A stretch of 63,604 nt of DNA, counting the filler, from a bacterium (GTDB lineage: Bacteria > JALSQH01): NCBI GenBank assembly GCA_026985515.1. It is 10 parts of 10 records of this genome, joined end to end, with 100 filler letters (N's around TTAATTAATTAA, not from the genome) between each part and the next. Parts side by side here need not be neighbours in the genome. Positions count along the whole stretch, not along the records: positions 1 to 18,096 come from JALSQH010000198.1; 9 more parts are not named here. One strand, written 5' to 3'. Position numbers and translations under genes: made by a program. Positions within the stretch are counted from its first letter, which is position 1, and the number at the start of each line of letters is the position of its first letter. The notes below the pieces were generated by a model, which did no database searches, was not told the origin of the DNA, and worked only from the letters and a program-made list of their open reading frames with translations. This document shows positions 1-9,638 of this stretch, one piece after another.

Positions 1-531
1 GGGCTCTCCCTTCATACCTGTCCGATTCATGAAACTGTTGGCGTTCTTCCACAGGATGTTTACATATTTTACGATTCTCTCAAGAACAATATTGGCCTTG
101 GTGTCGTTGAAGATAGAGAGGTTATCCTCTCGGCACTAAGAAAGGTGTATCTTGATGATTTCGTCAGAAGATTGCCAGAGGGTGTGGACACCCTTCTGGG
201 TCCGGATGGTTACAGGGTAAGCGGAGGGGAGGCGAAGAGAATTGGCATTGCAAGGCTCTTTACCAGAGATTACAGAGTCCTTCTTTTAGATGAACCCTTT
301 GAGTATCTTGACAGGGAAACGGCTGAGAAGATCCTGAAAAATCTCTTTAATTACTTTCCTGAATCAACCATTATTGCAGCTACCCATGATATGAAAATCC
401 TTGAAAATTTTGACAGGATCATAGTTGTGGTGGGTGGAGAAATTGTTGAAGATGGGAGTTTTAAGGAGCTTCTGGCAATGAATGGGACCTTCGCAAAAAT
501 GGTAAGGTACTACAGGGGGATGGTGGGGTAA
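1..531 (+). CDS. ABC transporter ATP-binding domain, C-terminal part (CydC/MsbA-like), 5'-partial
   Basis: Frame open from base 1 (..VGVLPQDVYIF..); signature SGGEAKRIGIAR, Walker B LLLDEP, H-loop ATHD. Confidence 0.85.
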   Translation, partial: GLSLHTCPIHETVGVLPQDVYIFYDSLKNNIGLGVVEDREVILSALRKVYLDDFVRRLPEGVDTLLGPDGYRVSGGEAKRIGIARLFTRDYRVLLLDEPFEYLDRETAEKILKNLFNYFPESTIIAATHDMKILENFDRIIVVVGGEIVEDGSFKELLAMNGTFAKMVRYYRGMVG

Positions 532-587
532 TTCCTGATTTCAGCCCTTTTCAGTTTCTTCTTTCATGAATTTTTCATATAACTTAA

Positions 588-628
588 TAAGTACTTACTT
601 TGACAATTCGTGAATGTTGTACTAAACT
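588..628 (+). promoter_or_regulatory. sigma70-type promoter of the thiolase operon with upstream palindrome
   Basis: TTGACA (600-605), 17 bp, TAAACT (623-628); palindrome TAAGTACTTA (588-597); SD-like GGGAGG before ATG 656. Confidence 0.6.
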
Positions 629-655
629 TTGAAAAAATTTAAAGGGAGGTTGTAA

Positions 656-1996
656 ATGCGTCCAGTTTATGTGGTGGCAGGTGGGGTAAGCAAATTTGCA
701 AAGGCACGCCCCGATAAGACATTTCAGGCACTTGTTAAGGAAGCGTACGATTATATTCTGCAGGATCTGTGTATTGAGCATCCCAAAATGGTGGAGTTGA
801 TTGATGGAGTTGTGGGTTCATACTTTTCTGATCACTTTGAGTATCAGTTGATGGCTGCAATTATGGTGCAGGATTACCTTGGCCTTGTACCCAAGCCGGG
901 TCACAGGGTGGAGGGAGGTGGTGCGACGGGGGGGATATGCTTTCAGGAGGCGTGGAAGGCAGTGGCCTCTGGTTATATGGATGTAGTTCTTGCCTATGGC
1001 TTTGAAGTGATGTCAAAGGTTAACACCTGGAAGGGAAACGAGTTTATTGCTCTTGCTTCAGATACCACTTTTGATTATCCCGTGGGAGGATTCTATTCAG
1101 GCTACTATGCAATGATGGTTGTGAGACACATGAAGGAGTTTGGTACAACTCCGGAGCAAATGGCAATGGTCTCTGTTAAAAATCACAAGAATGCGATGTA
1201 CAATCCCTTTTCTCAGGCTCCTATGGATATTACCATTGAAGATGTGAGAAAGGCGCCAATGGTTGCCTGGCCCCTTACCAGACTTGATATCTGTACCATG
1301 AGCGATGGTGCTGCAGCAATAATTCTGGCAAGTGAAGAGGGTCTCAAGAAGATCGAGGATGCTGCAGGTAGAACTCTACCAAAGGTTAAAGTGACGGGAA
1401 TAGGAAGGGGAACAGATGCGATGAGAATGGCTGACAGACCACATGGAGATGTTCCTCTTTTACCACATGAGAAGCCTGAAGATTATGTGGGCGACAAATT
1501 TCTTGGGGGTAAGCTGAAGTATCCTGGTATCCATTCCTTCAGGGCGGGGAGAATGGCTTCAATTCAGGCATACAAAATGGCAGGCATAACGAATCCCCTT
1601 GAAGAACTTGATTTTATTGAACTGCATGATGCCTATACCTCATCAGAAATCCAGACCTATGAGGATATGGGACTGTGCCGATATGGAGAAGGGGGTAAAT
1701 TTGTTGAGGAGGGTTATCCTTTTATGCCAAATGTGGATTACAGAATTGACAAGCCCCTTCCCCACAAGGGGAAGATCCCTGTTAATCCTTCAGGTGGTTT
1801 GATTGCAGCTGGTCACCCCGTAGGGGCAACCGGTTTAATGCAGGCTGTTTTTGCTCTCTGGCAGTTGCAGGGGACCATAGGTAAACATTTTGGGGATGAA
1901 ACTCTGCAGATCAAAAATGCAAAGAGAGGCGCAATTCACAGTCATGCAGGGACTGGAACTTATGTAACTGTCAGTATCCTTGAAAGGGAGGAGTAA
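656..1996 (+). CDS. Thiolase-family protein (SCP-x/archaeal-type)
   Basis: VEGGGATGG, SDGAAA, ELHDAY, NPSGGLIAAGHPVGATG motifs; followed by a DUF35 gene. Confidence 0.9.
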   Translation: MRPVYVVAGGVSKFAKARPDKTFQALVKEAYDYILQDLCIEHPKMVELIDGVVGSYFSDHFEYQLMAAIMVQDYLGLVPKPGHRVEGGGATGGICFQEAWKAVASGYMDVVLAYGFEVMSKVNTWKGNEFIALASDTTFDYPVGGFYSGYYAMMVVRHMKEFGTTPEQMAMVSVKNHKNAMYNPFSQAPMDITIEDVRKAPMVAWPLTRLDICTMSDGAAAIILASEEGLKKIEDAAGRTLPKVKVTGIGRGTDAMRMADRPHGDVPLLPHEKPEDYVGDKFLGGKLKYPGIHSFRAGRMASIQAYKMAGITNPLEELDFIELHDAYTSSEIQTYEDMGLCRYGEGGKFVEEGYPFMPNVDYRIDKPLPHKGKIPVNPSGGLIAAGHPVGATGLMQAVFALWQLQGTIGKHFGDETLQIKNAKRGAIHSHAGTGTYVTVSILEREE

Positions 1997-1998
1997 GG

Positions 1999-2535
1999 AT
2001 GAGTGAAAAAGTAAAATTACCTGAACTTGAAGAGGGAACAGAGGTTTTTAATGTTCCATTTCCCAAGGATAAGGATCTCTCTGTACTGAAAAAGATGACC
2101 CCCATAATTGTCAAAAGGCAGTATCTCATAAATTACATTTACAGTTATGGTCAGGATTCCCCATTTTTTGCTGCTCTTGCTAATGGGAGATTGATTGGAA
2201 CGAGGTGCCCAAAGTGTGGCTACACATATGCCACTCCCAAGGGTCATTGCATGTACTGTGGAGTTGAAACTGAATGGGTGGAGTTACCGGAGACGGGTAG
2301 AGTTCACACATTTACGGTGTGTCACTTTGGCAGTGAGGAGTTTCTTAAAGAAACGCCTTTCATCCTTGCCCTGATTGAATTTGATGGGGTGGATACCCTT
2401 TTCCTTACCAGACTGGTGGGGGTGGATGTGAACAATCCCACACTTGACTGGATAGGAATGGAGGTTAAACCAAGATTCAGAAGAAATTCGCAATTTAAAC
2501 CAACTGATGTTTACTTTGTTCCTGTGGATAAGTAA
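1999..2535 (+). CDS. Zn-ribbon/OB-fold protein (DUF35), thiolase partner
   Basis: CPKC..CMYC ribbon, GRVHTFTV, IGMEV. Confidence 0.9.
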   Translation: MSEKVKLPELEEGTEVFNVPFPKDKDLSVLKKMTPIIVKRQYLINYIYSYGQDSPFFAALANGRLIGTRCPKCGYTYATPKGHCMYCGVETEWVELPETGRVHTFTVCHFGSEEFLKETPFILALIEFDGVDTLFLTRLVGVDVNNPTLDWIGMEVKPRFRRNSQFKPTDVYFVPVDK

Positions 2536-3854
2536 GTGGTGTCCATCACTTCCCCGTCAAATTCGCTTACCTCGTTTTTCACTTCAACTTCTGTGAAGAA
2601 GGGAGGGGGAGTGGTGGTCTTTTTAATTAGTAACGACCCGTCAGCATCTGGTCCCTGAAACCATGCTCTTCCAATGTTATATTTCTCGTCCCACTCCTCT
2701 TCTACTATTGCAGACACACTTTTACCTGAGAATTTATTGTAAAAATTTTCCAGCTTTTCCCATGCCAGTTGCGAGAGAATTTCTGCTCTTTCCTCTTTTA
2801 TCTCTTCATCTATCTGATCAGGAAATTTGCTTGCCCTTGCCTCTTCCTCAGGACTAAATTTGAAGAAACCGAAAAAGTCAACCAGATCTTCCTCCAGGAA
2901 GGAAGTTAACCTCTCAAAGTCATCGTCAGTTTCGCTGGGAAAACCTGTTATTACAGTTGTTCGTATGACTGATTGGGGAATTTTTTTCTTAATTTTTTTA
3001 AAGAGATTTCTTATCGTTTTGCTGTCGCTTCTGCGGTTCATCCGCTTCAGAATGGTATCTGAAAAATGCTGGATGGGGATGTCAAAGTATGGAAGAAGTG
3101 GCGGTTCAGCGAAAAGTTCGATAAACTCTTCATCATACTCTTCCGGGTATAAGTATTGAACTCTTATCCACCGAAATCCTTCAATCTTTTTCAGTCGTTC
3201 CAAAAGAGTGGTAAGATTTGTTTCGTCGTCAAGATCCCTCCCATATGCAGTTGTATCCTGTGCAATAATGATCAGCTCTTCGACCCCCTGATCTTTCATC
3301 CACTTCGCTTCATCAAGTAGTTTATCAACAGTTCTGCTTCTCTGGGGACCACGGAGCCTTGGAATAATACAAAAGGAACAGTTTGCAGAGCATCCTTCTG
3401 CAATTTTGAGGTATCCCACTGGAGGTCTGGTCAGAAGGTGTCTGGGAATTTCCCATGCTTTGTAGATGGGTCTGGTGATGTGGAGACGCTTATTTTCATC
3501 CAGTAATTCTGGAATTCTGTAGAAATCAGTTGTCCCCACAAAGAGGTCCACTTCAGGCAATTCTGAAAGAAGTTGATCCCGGTATCGCTGGACCATGCAC
3601 CCTGATACAACTATTTTCATTCCGGGTTTTTTCTTTTTGATTTCTCCCATTTCAAGTATCGTGTCAATTGATTCTTCAACTGCATCTCTTATGAAACCGC
3701 AGGTGTTTATTACGACCACATCTGCAGAAGAGGGGTCGGGAGTGTATGAAAAGGAGAACTTTTCAAACTGGTAAAATATCTTTTCAGAGTCGATCAGGTT
3801 CTTCGAGCATCCCAGGCTTATGATGTGAAACTTTTTTGAAGAGTTTTTCATCAC
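2511..3854 (-). CDS. rimO: Ribosomal protein S12 methylthiotransferase
   Basis: SLGCSKNLIDSE, INTCGFI, SGCM, YLKIAEGCSANCSFCIIP radical-SAM motif. Confidence 0.9.
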   Translation of the reverse strand: MMKNSSKKFHIISLGCSKNLIDSEKIFYQFEKFSFSYTPDPSSADVVVINTCGFIRDAVEESIDTILEMGEIKKKKPGMKIVVSGCMVQRYRDQLLSELPEVDLFVGTTDFYRIPELLDENKRLHITRPIYKAWEIPRHLLTRPPVGYLKIAEGCSANCSFCIIPRLRGPQRSRTVDKLLDEAKWMKDQGVEELIIIAQDTTAYGRDLDDETNLTTLLERLKKIEGFRWIRVQYLYPEEYDEEFIELFAEPPLLPYFDIPIQHFSDTILKRMNRRSDSKTIRNLFKKIKKKIPQSVIRTTVITGFPSETDDDFERLTSFLEEDLVDFFGFFKFSPEEEARASKFPDQIDEEIKEERAEILSQLAWEKLENFYNKFSGKSVSAIVEEEWDEKYNIGRAWFQGPDADGSLLIKKTTTPPPFFTEVEVKNEVSEFDGEVMDTTYLSTGTK

Positions 3855-4714
3855 TCTTTTTTGAGGAGCTCCATGAAGCTCTGAAAGGTTGTGAGTTTTC
3901 TCTCAGATTCTGCATAGAGTCTTGCACTGAAGATGGCAGTGGCGGCATGACCTGCTAAAAGAGTGAAGAGTTCTTCATCAACCTTGTCGAAGGAAGTTTT
4001 CTGTATCAGAAGTCTGTAAATTACTATTGCGCCCACCAGTTTTTTCTGATTTTCAATTTTTAGTGGGATTACAACCAGTGGATTGTCGGGATCTATCTCA
4101 TTTTCTCTTCTGACTAAAAGCTCAGGATTTATGTAAACTTCTCCAGAGGCTACAGCTTTTCCCACTATACCCTCACCAACTTTAAATGGGGGAGGAGATG
4201 TTTCCTCAAATCCCTCTCCTCCAACAAAGTTGAGTGTTGAATTTTTTTCATCATAAAGGAAGATCCCAAATACTTCGCCTCCTATTAAATTTATCACTAC
4301 TTCAATGATTGTCTGTAGAACTTCTTTAAAATCGAGAGTTGCATGTAGCTGGTAACTGGCAACATAGAGATTGGCCAGACTGTTGTTTTCCTCTTCAATT
4401 TCAACATATCGCTGAGCAAAATCTCTGTTTTCTTCTTCAACTTCTTTTAATCTTTCGAGTATCTTTTTCTTTTCCTCTTCAAGCTCTATTATTCGTCTCT
4501 GAAGATTTGCAATGACAGAGTCTGATTGTAATTGTTTCTTCAATTCATCATTTTCTGTTTGAAGTCTCACTATTTTGTATCTTAATTTCTCATTTTCTTT
4601 GAGAAGTTCCTGGGTAAATTCACTACCTTTTTTGAAGAGATTCAGAAATTCTTCCACCCTTTTCTTAAAGTGCTCATCCATCAATTGATGCTCTTTTTTT
4701 TCTTCGTCACTCAT
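3851..4714 (-). CDS. Coiled-coil + GAF domain protein of the chemosensory operon
   Basis: N-terminal heptads, LANLYVASYQLH, GEGIVG..., LLAGHAATAI. Confidence 0.8.
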   Translation of the reverse strand: MSDEEKKEHQLMDEHFKKRVEEFLNLFKKGSEFTQELLKENEKLRYKIVRLQTENDELKKQLQSDSVIANLQRRIIELEEEKKKILERLKEVEEENRDFAQRYVEIEEENNSLANLYVASYQLHATLDFKEVLQTIIEVVINLIGGEVFGIFLYDEKNSTLNFVGGEGFEETSPPPFKVGEGIVGKAVASGEVYINPELLVRRENEIDPDNPLVVIPLKIENQKKLVGAIVIYRLLIQKTSFDKVDEELFTLLAGHAATAIFSARLYAESERKLTTFQSFMELLKKE

Positions 4715-4728
4715 GTTTCCTCCCTAAT

Positions 4729-5862
4729 TTACTTTTTTATGAATTTCCTGACATTTGTTGCAACCCAGTTGTTTATCTCTGCAGGAATTTCCCTTAAAGG
4801 AAGAACTTTATCCACGGCGCCTCGCCTGATTGCTTCCCGCGGCATTCCAAAAACAACAGCCGTTTCTTCTGATTCCGCAATTGTATATCCATTATTGACT
4901 TTGATTTCCAGCAATCCTTCCACACCATCGTCACCCATTCCAGTTAACAGAATGCCCATTGTTCTGCTTCCCATCACGCTGGCAACTGAAAAAAATAACT
5001 TGTTTATTGAGGGAACATATCTGTCACTTTCGGTGGTTTTCTTAAGTTCAATTATAACTCTTTTCCCTTTTCGTGCAATTACCATATTTTTCGAACTTGG
5101 AGATATATAGGCAGTTCCTCCTCTGACAACTTCGCCATGTTCCCCCTTTTTCACGATGTATGATGATACTCTATCAAGTCGCTCTGCAAAAGGTTCAATG
5201 AAGTTATCAGGCATGTGCTGTCCTATTAAAATTGCAACATTCTCATTTAGCTTCAGAGAGCTCATAATCTGGTACAGGGCTGCTGGGCCCCCTGTAGAGG
5301 CTCCTATTGCCACTGTGAGAAGATTGTCAATATCTTCTTCGGCAATAAGGGTTTTTTCGGGTGGAAGAAAAAGGGATTCATAAGAGTAAAAATTGTTACG
5401 ATGTTTCCAGAAATCGTTAAATCTTTTTCTGGCCCCGGAGGGATTGAAGGATGTAGCAAGAACTATTTTGTCGTTTAGCTCTTTAACAATTTTTTCCAGT
5501 TCGGGAATTCCGCCATTCATCGGTTTGGGGATGAAATCGAGAGCTCCGAGCTCCATAGCTTTTATGATATTGTAGTAGTTGCTTTTGGCACTGAGCACTA
5601 TCACTGGTATCGGTTTTCTGTCAAGCAGAAGCCTCAGGAAAGTAAAACCGTCCATTTTGGGCATTTCAAGGTCAAGTATGATGACATCTGGATTGTACTT
5701 TATAACTTTCTTGAGTGCATCTTCCCCATCAACTGCAGTTACTATCTGTCCAATGTTTGGTTGTTTTGATAGAAGTTCACTCAATGTTGTTCTCACATAT
5801 GCAGAGTCATCAACAATGAGAACCGCAGGGTTATTTTTCTGGTTTCTGGTAGACAATGTCAT
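4729..5862 (-). CDS. cheB: Chemotaxis response regulator methylesterase
   Basis: Receiver (IVDDS, LDLEMP, IPKP) plus catalytic GASTGG, QHMP, LTGMGDDG. Confidence 0.95.
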   Translation of the reverse strand: MTLSTRNQKNNPAVLIVDDSAYVRTTLSELLSKQPNIGQIVTAVDGEDALKKVIKYNPDVIILDLEMPKMDGFTFLRLLLDRKPIPVIVLSAKSNYYNIIKAMELGALDFIPKPMNGGIPELEKIVKELNDKIVLATSFNPSGARKRFNDFWKHRNNFYSYESLFLPPEKTLIAEEDIDNLLTVAIGASTGGPAALYQIMSSLKLNENVAILIGQHMPDNFIEPFAERLDRVSSYIVKKGEHGEVVRGGTAYISPSSKNMVIARKGKRVIIELKKTTESDRYVPSINKLFFSVASVMGSRTMGILLTGMGDDGVEGLLEIKVNNGYTIAESEETAVVFGMPREAIRRGAVDKVLPLREIPAEINNWVATNVRKFIKK

Positions 5863-6706
5863 TTTTCAGGTTGACCAGCTTAAATTTTGTTGTAATGTTG
5901 ATAAGACTTTCTGAATGTCCCAGCAGTAAAAAGCCACCGGGTAAAAGTCTATCATAAAGGTTGTCAACAAGTTTTTTCCTCGATTCCATATCAAAGTATA
6001 TCAAAACATTCCTGCAGAATACAACATCAAAAAAGGGGAGAAGTCTTATTTTTTCTGAGTCAAGAAGATTGAGATGGGAAAATGTAACCAGTTCCTTAAC
6101 CTCTTCCTTAATTTTGTATTTCCCATCCTCCATTCTGACAAAGTATTTTTCGATGTATTTTCTTGGAGTAGCTCTGAATGAACTGGTTGAATATATACCT
6201 TCTCTTGCCTTTGCAAGCATTTCATAGTTGATGTCGTTGGCAAAAATATTGAACACTATTTTCCCGTTGTTGCATAGATAGTGGTACTTGCACTTTTCAA
6301 GGATAAGCATTGCAATGGTATAGGGTTCTTCACCAGATGAGCATCCCGCGCTCCAGATATTTATCATGTTCAGGGATGATTTTTTCTTTTTATCCACTAT
6401 CAGTGGGAGAATTTCTTCGGAAAAGGCATCCAGCTGGAATTTTTCTCTGAAGAAATATGTTTCGTTGGTGGTTACAATGTTTATAAGGGTATCCAGTTCT
6501 TCCTTTTTTCTTCTGTTGTACTTGAGGAAAATCACATACTCTCTGAATGAATTGAACCCCAGATCAAATAATCTTTTCTGAAGCTTGTACTCCAGAATCT
6601 TCCTGTCGTTGTCAGTGAGCCATATGCCTGACTTTTTATTTATGATTTCCCTGAGTACTTCAAATTCGTAGTCTGGTAATGTAATATGATGATAATTAAC
6701 GGGCAT
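5831..6706 (-). CDS. cheR: Chemotaxis methyltransferase
   Basis: TTNETYFFRE, IWSAGCSSGEEPY, FCRNVLIYF, LGHSE. Confidence 0.95.
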   Translation of the reverse strand: MPVNYHHITLPDYEFEVLREIINKKSGIWLTDNDRKILEYKLQKRLFDLGFNSFREYVIFLKYNRRKKEELDTLINIVTTNETYFFREKFQLDAFSEEILPLIVDKKKKSSLNMINIWSAGCSSGEEPYTIAMLILEKCKYHYLCNNGKIVFNIFANDINYEMLAKAREGIYSTSSFRATPRKYIEKYFVRMEDGKYKIKEEVKELVTFSHLNLLDSEKIRLLPFFDVVFCRNVLIYFDMESRKKLVDNLYDRLLPGGFLLLGHSESLINITTKFKLVNLKNDIVYQKPEK

Positions 6707-8708
6707 TAGCTAGACCCACTAACGCATTTTTTATTTCACTGTCTGTTTCTATTTTGATCATCTTTTTTATCAGCTCTGCTGAATCTGGATCAAGGGGAAT
6801 TCTGTAGAGAGAATTGATTATTTTCTTTCTGCTTTCAGGAGGTAGCTCTTTGTATGCTTCGAGGATAATGTCAAATACCTTCCTTTTAATGGCAATTTCC
6901 ATAGCAGTGTGTATTACCTCTGGATCAGGATGTTTCAAAGCGTTTTTCAGAAGATTTTTGTACTTTTCTGACCAGTGCCTGTCTAAAATTTCAAGGGCAA
7001 CCACCACCACGGCTCCAATTGGATCATCCATTTTATCCACCAGATATTCCACCACCTCGTCACCAAGGATTTCTTCAAGAGCCTTCAGGGTTTCGAGCCT
7101 GATCCAGAAGTTGGGATCCTCTTTCAGTATCTTGAAGTAATCCAGTACCTCTCTGCCTCCTATGGCAGCAAGGGCTTTTATCGCTTCTATCCTGACCTTT
7201 TCATCCTCATCAAAACAGAGAGGTTGAACCTGAAAGAGGGAATCCTTCACTTTTAACTGTCTCAGAGTTCTCAATGCCCACTTCCTTATCTCAGGGTCAT
7301 TGTCCTTCAGAAGCATTGTGACATATTTCCAGTACTGGGTGGACTCAGTGTCACCAATGAGCCACAGCATATTTTTTTTACAGGTTTTCCCGGTGCATGA
7401 GTCAAGATATTTCTCAATAACCTGGGAGGCTACAGAGGGATAATCCCTGACAAGCCTTTTGAGGGCGTTTATTACTGCTTCTACTGTTTCAACATTTTCT
7501 CCCTTTGTGAGGTATCTCACCAGAGGTTCAATTGATTTTTCTGTCCCGACCCTTGCAAGAGCCTCTGCGACTGATGCCACCAATTTTTCAGAGCCACCCT
7601 GGATCAGATCAAGAAGGAGATCTTCAGATTTCTGGTTGCCCATTTTTGAAATAATCTTGCACATGAAGGATTTCGTGTCATCATCAAAGTCAAAGCATAT
7701 ATCGTGAATGATTCCAACTACTTCTTCCCCATAGAATTCCATTATTTCCAGGAAGAATTCTCTGTTTTCTTCTATGCTCCTTAGAATCTGAGGTATTGCA
7801 GATGTATCCCTCCTCGCTGCAAGTACCAGTGCTGCACCACTTTTCGTTTCAATGTTACTGCTGTTCAGAGCTTTATAGACTAAATCCTTCTTTATTTCAT
7901 TTTTCCTGATTGCATCCAGAAGTTCCTTCCTGTATTGAGGATTGTGGATGTAGAATTTGTATATAGCTCTGAAAGCTGCTTCCCTGATCCCTTTCTGAGG
8001 AATGTTGAGATTTTCCACAATGGGCAGGATGATTTTTGGATCAGATATATAGCCTGCAAGTTCCAGGAAGGCTTTTCTCAGAAGGGGTTCGTCAATGTAT
8101 GGTAGAAAATTCCTGTACTCGAGTTGAATTTTGGGGTAGCGGGAAAGAATATCTCTCGATGCTGAGAGGACACAGAAGACAATATTTATGTTGTCCTTTC
8201 TCTTTTCAAGAATATCTATGAGTATTTTTATAGTTTCTGCATTTCCTATTTTTCCAAGAACTTCTATTACAGCTGAAAGTAGATTCTCATCCTCAGTATC
8301 AAGCAATCTGATCAGGTAAGGTGCAACGGATTCATCTCCAATTTCGCCCAGTATGTCAACATAGAATTTTTTTATTTCATCGTTCTCTCTGGGAAGAGCC
8401 TCAATTATTTTGTATGTCGCTTTGCTACCAAGTCTTACAAGTCCCTCTATTGCAGAATTTCTCAGGTTTGCATTTTCTTCTTCATGAACCAGCTGGAGCA
8501 GGAGTTCTATGACGGCGGAAAGGTCATAATATCTCAGAAGTCCCTCTATGGCGGTTTTTCTTATTCTCCAGCGGCTATCACCCATTGCCTCTTTGAAAAC
8601 TTCAAGAGCCTCCGGATCATGCAATTCTGCAATGGATTCGAGAAATTCTATTTTTTCATTTTCATCCTCTATCACATTGTACTTCTCAATCAACCTCTTT
8701 TCCGTCAT
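6696..8708 (-). CDS. HEAT/PBS-lyase repeat protein
   Basis: Repeated D..xR..A..AL helical-hairpin units (DSRWRIRKTAIEGL, DPEIRKWALRTL, DEKVRIEAIKAL). Confidence 0.85.
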   Translation of the reverse strand: MTEKRLIEKYNVIEDENEKIEFLESIAELHDPEALEVFKEAMGDSRWRIRKTAIEGLLRYYDLSAVIELLLQLVHEEENANLRNSAIEGLVRLGSKATYKIIEALPRENDEIKKFYVDILGEIGDESVAPYLIRLLDTEDENLLSAVIEVLGKIGNAETIKILIDILEKRKDNINIVFCVLSASRDILSRYPKIQLEYRNFLPYIDEPLLRKAFLELAGYISDPKIILPIVENLNIPQKGIREAAFRAIYKFYIHNPQYRKELLDAIRKNEIKKDLVYKALNSSNIETKSGAALVLAARRDTSAIPQILRSIEENREFFLEIMEFYGEEVVGIIHDICFDFDDDTKSFMCKIISKMGNQKSEDLLLDLIQGGSEKLVASVAEALARVGTEKSIEPLVRYLTKGENVETVEAVINALKRLVRDYPSVASQVIEKYLDSCTGKTCKKNMLWLIGDTESTQYWKYVTMLLKDNDPEIRKWALRTLRQLKVKDSLFQVQPLCFDEDEKVRIEAIKALAAIGGREVLDYFKILKEDPNFWIRLETLKALEEILGDEVVEYLVDKMDDPIGAVVVVALEILDRHWSEKYKNLLKNALKHPDPEVIHTAMEIAIKRKVFDIILEAYKELPPESRKKIINSLYRIPLDPDSAELIKKMIKIETDSEIKNALVGLANAR

Positions 8709-8732
8709 TTTTTAACCCGCCTTGCTCCAGAA

Positions 8733-9638
8733 TCAGAGTCCAAATTCTTTTCTCTTTGCCTCCAGCATTTTTTCAATCTCTTCTCCAAGAAAGTCTTTCA
8801 ATTTCCTGATATGCTCTGGAATTGTTTTTTCATAGTGCTCTCTTCCTGCCTTGAGATCCTTGGCTATTCTTTCATACACATCACCATGAATCAGGCCTTC
8901 TCTGATGGCATCTTCATTGTAAAGAGCTATGTCAGCTGCTATAAGCCGTGCCTTTCGCTGAGCCTTCTTAACCCATTCCTGATCTTCTGGTGAAAGAGAA
9001 GAGAGATCTATTTCCTTTTTCTCTGCTGGTGCTGGTTTTTCTTCAGGGACAGTTTCAGATGGTGCTGATACTTTGCCTTCCTGCGAAGGTGCAATCTGGT
9101 TTATAATACCTGGAAGTTCTTCCTCAATGGTATGTCTGTCGATGTAGTGATCAGCACCGTAGAGGTATTCGGGTGATCTTTTGTATGCATCCTTGTTGTA
9201 AATGGAACCTATAAGGATTATTTTTATGTTTTTCTGAGGGTCATTTCTTCTTACGAGTTCAGATACTTCAAAACCATAAAGTCTCGGTAGGTCAACATCA
9301 ATGATTGCAATGGAGGGATTTTGATTGGTGATCCTGTAAAGAGCCTCTATGCCATCACGGATTATCTGAGGAGAAATCCCGGCGGATTTAAGAATCTTTT
9401 CAATGACGCCTGCCAGTTCAGAGTTTGCTGTTGCAATGATGGCGTTTGCCTTCCCTGAAGGGGGAGGTGTTTCCTTTTTGCCTTCAGAAGGAGGAGTTGC
9501 TCCTTCCCAGTCCACAACATTTTCATATACTGGAAATATTTCTCCACAATGCTTGCATTTGATCTTTGGTGATTTACCGGAGAATTTTTTTGGGTCAAGT
9601 CTGTACTTGGCACCACACTTTGGACATTTGACAATCAT
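8733..9638 (-). CDS. Zinc-ribbon (MJ0042-type) + receiver-like domain + C-terminal helical domain
   Basis: CPKC..CKHC; AIIDVDLP..GFEV; C-terminal ARLIAADIALYN. Confidence 0.8.
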   Translation of the reverse strand: MIVKCPKCGAKYRLDPKKFSGKSPKIKCKHCGEIFPVYENVVDWEGATPPSEGKKETPPPSGKANAIIATANSELAGVIEKILKSAGISPQIIRDGIEALYRITNQNPSIAIIDVDLPRLYGFEVSELVRRNDPQKNIKIILIGSIYNKDAYKRSPEYLYGADHYIDRHTIEEELPGIINQIAPSQEGKVSAPSETVPEEKPAPAEKKEIDLSSLSPEDQEWVKKAQRKARLIAADIALYNEDAIREGLIHGDVYERIAKDLKAGREHYEKTIPEHIRKLKDFLGEEIEKMLEAKRKEFGL

